In this document: positions 61,561-64,000 of the stretch, piece after piece
How positions within the stretch are numbered: position 1 is the first letter of the stretch
How the letters are laid out: every line of letters begins with the position of its first letter
DNA from: Chthoniobacteraceae bacterium
Lineage (GTDB): Bacteria; Verrucomicrobiota; Verrucomicrobiia; Chthoniobacterales; Chthoniobacteraceae
NCBI GenBank assembly: GCA_040081625.1
Contig: JBEBGD010000003.1
Location: 1 to 64,000, forward strand
Direction of reading: 5' to 3'
DNA: 64,000 nt
Notes under the pieces: model-generated
Told to the model about the DNA's origin: nothing
The model's database searches: none
Seen by the model: only the letters and a program-made list of their open reading frames with translations
Made by a program: the position numbers and the translations under genes

Positions 61561-62949
61561 ATGCACCGCTTCCTCATCCTCATCCTCCTCGTCCTCATCA
61601 CGCCTGTGCGCGCGGCGGACAAGCCAAACGTCCTCTTCATCGCCATCGACGACCTGAACCACTGGGTCGGCCATCTCGGGCGCAACAAGCAGACCAAGAC
61701 CCCAAACATCGACCGCCTCGCAAAGGCCGGCGTCACCTTCACCCGCGCCTACTGCACCGCGCCCGCGTGCAACCCCTCGCGGGCCTCGCTCATGAGCGGC
61801 ATGCGCCCGAACACCACCGGCTGCTACCTCAACTCGCAGCCGTGGGGTCCCGCCATCAGCGGCGATAAGCTGCTCAACACGCACTTCGCCGGCGCCGGCT
61901 ACCGCGTCTATGGCGCGGGAAAAATCTACCATAGCTCCGAGCACGGCGGCACCTGGACCGACTACGCCGGAGGAAAAGGCGGCACGCCAAAGCGCCACCC
62001 CTCCGCGAAGGACGACGGCATCGGCGGCATCGCCTTCAGCCCGCTCGATGGCACCGACGAGGAGATGCCCGACTTCCGCACCGTCAGCTACTGCATCGAG
62101 AAGCTGAACGAGAAGAGCGACAAACCGTTCTTCATCGCGTGCGGGCTCGTGAAGCCGCACATGCCTTTCAGCGTGCCGAAGAAGTGGTTCGACATGTTCC
62201 CGCTCGACTCGATCGAGCTGCCGCCGCATCGCGAGGACGACCTCAAGGACGTGCCACCCGCGGGTGTGAAGATGGCTGGCGGCGATCATGCGAAGATCGT
62301 CGCTTCGGGCCGCTGGAAGGAAGCCGTGCAGGCTTACCTCGCGACGATCGCCTTCTGCGATTCGCAAGTCGGCCGCATGGTCGACGCGCTGGAAAAATCG
62401 CCCGCGCGCGACAACACCATCGTCGTCCTCTGGACCGACCACGGCTGGAGCCTCGGTGAAAAATCGCACTGGCGGAAATTCGCGCTGTGGGAGGAGCCGA
62501 CGCGCACCGCGTTCGTGTGGAAGGCGCCGGGTGTCACACCCGCGGGCGGCGTGTGCGACCGCACGGTCGATTACGCGAACGTCTATCCCACGCTCTGCGC
62601 GCTCACCGGCCTGCCGAAGCCCGCGCATCTCGACGGCTTCGACATGACGCCGCTGCTCAAGGATCCGAAAGCCAAGTGGGACCACCCCGCGCTCACGACG
62701 CACGGGCGCAAGAACCACACCGTCCGCACCGAAGGCTGGCGCTACATCCGCTACGCCGACGGCAGCGAGGAACTCTACGACGAAGCCGCCGACCCGCTCG
62801 AATACACCAACCTCGCCGGCTTCACCGAGCACGCCGCCCGCAAGGCCGAACTCGCGAAGCTCCTGCCAAAGACCGACGCGCCCGACCTGCCCGGCGGCGG
62901 CAAAGGCGAAGGCGAAGGCAAGGCGAAGAAAAAGAAGAAGGCCGAGTAA
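61561..62949 (+). CDS. Exported formylglycine-dependent sulfatase (Cys type, CxPxR)
   Basis: KPNVLFIAIDDL, CNPSRASLMSG, GKIYH, KPH.P and TDHG; signal peptide. Confidence 0.93.
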   Translation: MHRFLILILLVLITPVRAADKPNVLFIAIDDLNHWVGHLGRNKQTKTPNIDRLAKAGVTFTRAYCTAPACNPSRASLMSGMRPNTTGCYLNSQPWGPAISGDKLLNTHFAGAGYRVYGAGKIYHSSEHGGTWTDYAGGKGGTPKRHPSAKDDGIGGIAFSPLDGTDEEMPDFRTVSYCIEKLNEKSDKPFFIACGLVKPHMPFSVPKKWFDMFPLDSIELPPHREDDLKDVPPAGVKMAGGDHAKIVASGRWKEAVQAYLATIAFCDSQVGRMVDALEKSPARDNTIVVLWTDHGWSLGEKSHWRKFALWEEPTRTAFVWKAPGVTPAGGVCDRTVDYANVYPTLCALTGLPKPAHLDGFDMTPLLKDPKAKWDHPALTTHGRKNHTVRTEGWRYIRYADGSEELYDEAADPLEYTNLAGFTEHAARKAELAKLLPKTDAPDLPGGGKGEGEGKAKKKKKAE

Positions 62950-62961
62950 CCTGCTCGCGAA

Positions 62962-64000
62962 GTGATCCGACTCGCATTCTTCCTCGCGCTCGCGCTTTCC
63001 CTCCGCGCCGCGGAGAAGCCGAACATCGTCCTCATCTTTTGCGACGACCTCGGCTACGCGGACGTCGCGTGCTTCGGCGCAAAGACCATCCGCACGCCGC
63101 ACATCGACCGCCTTGCGAAGGAAGGCACGCGCTTCACGAGCTTCCTCGTAGCGCAGGCTGTCTGCACCGCGTCGCGCGCGGCTCTGATGACCGGCAGCTA
63201 CGCGAACCGCGTCGGCCTCGCCGGTGCGCTCAATCACACCAGCAAGACCGGCATCAATCCCGACGAGACGCTCCTGCCCGAGCTGTGCAAGGCGCAGGGC
63301 TACGCGACCGGGATGTTTGGCAAGTGGCACCTCGGCGATCAGCCGCCCTTTCTACCGACGCGCAACGGCTTCGACGAGTGGCTCGGCATTCCCTACTCGA
63401 ACGACAACGGCCCGCTGCATCCCGTCATCCGCGACATCCCATCGCTCCCGCTCTACGACGGCGAGAAGATCGTCGAGCGCGACCCGGATCAGGCGCACTT
63501 CACGCGCCGCCTCACCGAGCGCTCGGTCGCGTTCATCGAGAAAAATCGCGAGCGCCCGTTCTTCCTCTACGTCCCGCACATCATGCCGCACGTGCCGATC
63601 TTCGCGTCGGAGAAGTTTCGCGGGAAGTCAAAGCACGGCCTCTACGCGGATGTCGTCGAGGAACTCGACCGGTCCGTCGGCGAGATCGCCGCCGCCATCG
63701 ACCGCGCCGGCTTGCGCGAGAAGACGCTCATCCTTTTCACCAGCGACAACGGCCCCTTCCTTTCCTACGGCGAGCACGCCGGCGCCGCGCTCCCGTTCCG
63801 CGAGGGAAAGCTCACGACGTTCGAGGGCGGCGTGCGCGTCCCCTTCATCGCGCGCTGGCCGGGCCGCGTGCCCGCCGGGCGCACGAGCGACGAATTGCTC
63901 GCGAGCATCGACCTCCTGCCGACCTTTGCCCGGCTCATCGGCGCGCCGCTTCCGGCGACGAAGATGGACGGCATGGACGCATGGACGCTCATCTCCGGCG
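62962..64000 (+). CDS. Exported arylsulfatase-like sulfatase (CxAxR), truncated by the window end
   Basis: Read directly from GTG 62962: IRLAFFLALALSLRAAEKPNIVLIFCDDLGYAD...VCTASRAALMTG...GKWHLG...FTSDNG; no stop before 64000, so absent from the ORF track. Confidence 0.92.
   Translation, partial: MIRLAFFLALALSLRAAEKPNIVLIFCDDLGYADVACFGAKTIRTPHIDRLAKEGTRFTSFLVAQAVCTASRAALMTGSYANRVGLAGALNHTSKTGINPDETLLPELCKAQGYATGMFGKWHLGDQPPFLPTRNGFDEWLGIPYSNDNGPLHPVIRDIPSLPLYDGEKIVERDPDQAHFTRRLTERSVAFIEKNRERPFFLYVPHIMPHVPIFASEKFRGKSKHGLYADVVEELDRSVGEIAAAIDRAGLREKTLILFTSDNGPFLSYGEHAGAALPFREGKLTTFEGGVRVPFIARWPGRVPAGRTSDELLASIDLLPTFARLIGAPLPATKMDGMDAWTLISG

Overview
High-GC bacterial chromosomal window of about 41 genes, most consistent with a Verrucomicrobiota (Chthoniobacter-like) genome; the taxonomy is inferred from gene content, not proven. 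Housekeeping genes are cobA-hemD, purD, thiD, apaG, hppA, a GT4 glgA, obgE, dnaG-rpoD, zwf-opcA and monomeric icd. Four accessory blocks stand out: (1) a translationally coupled envelope operon of DUF4331-like, TPR, HupE/UreJ, exported, ankyrin/CsgG-like and CsgG-like genes; (2) a single-ORF fusion of LMW phosphatase, RpiB and GlyA; (3) an orphan GAF/membrane-fusion protein beside a GT-C-like membrane protein; (4) two tandem giant paralogous metzincin/Calx-beta surface proteins (2226 and 3182 aa) with a shared C-terminal domain and nested domain insertions, followed by two sulfatases. A hexamer-based palindromic element is found once between genes and once inside a signal peptide. I saw no rRNA, tRNA, CRISPR array or transposase. 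All family assignments come from motif recognition by eye; no searches were run.
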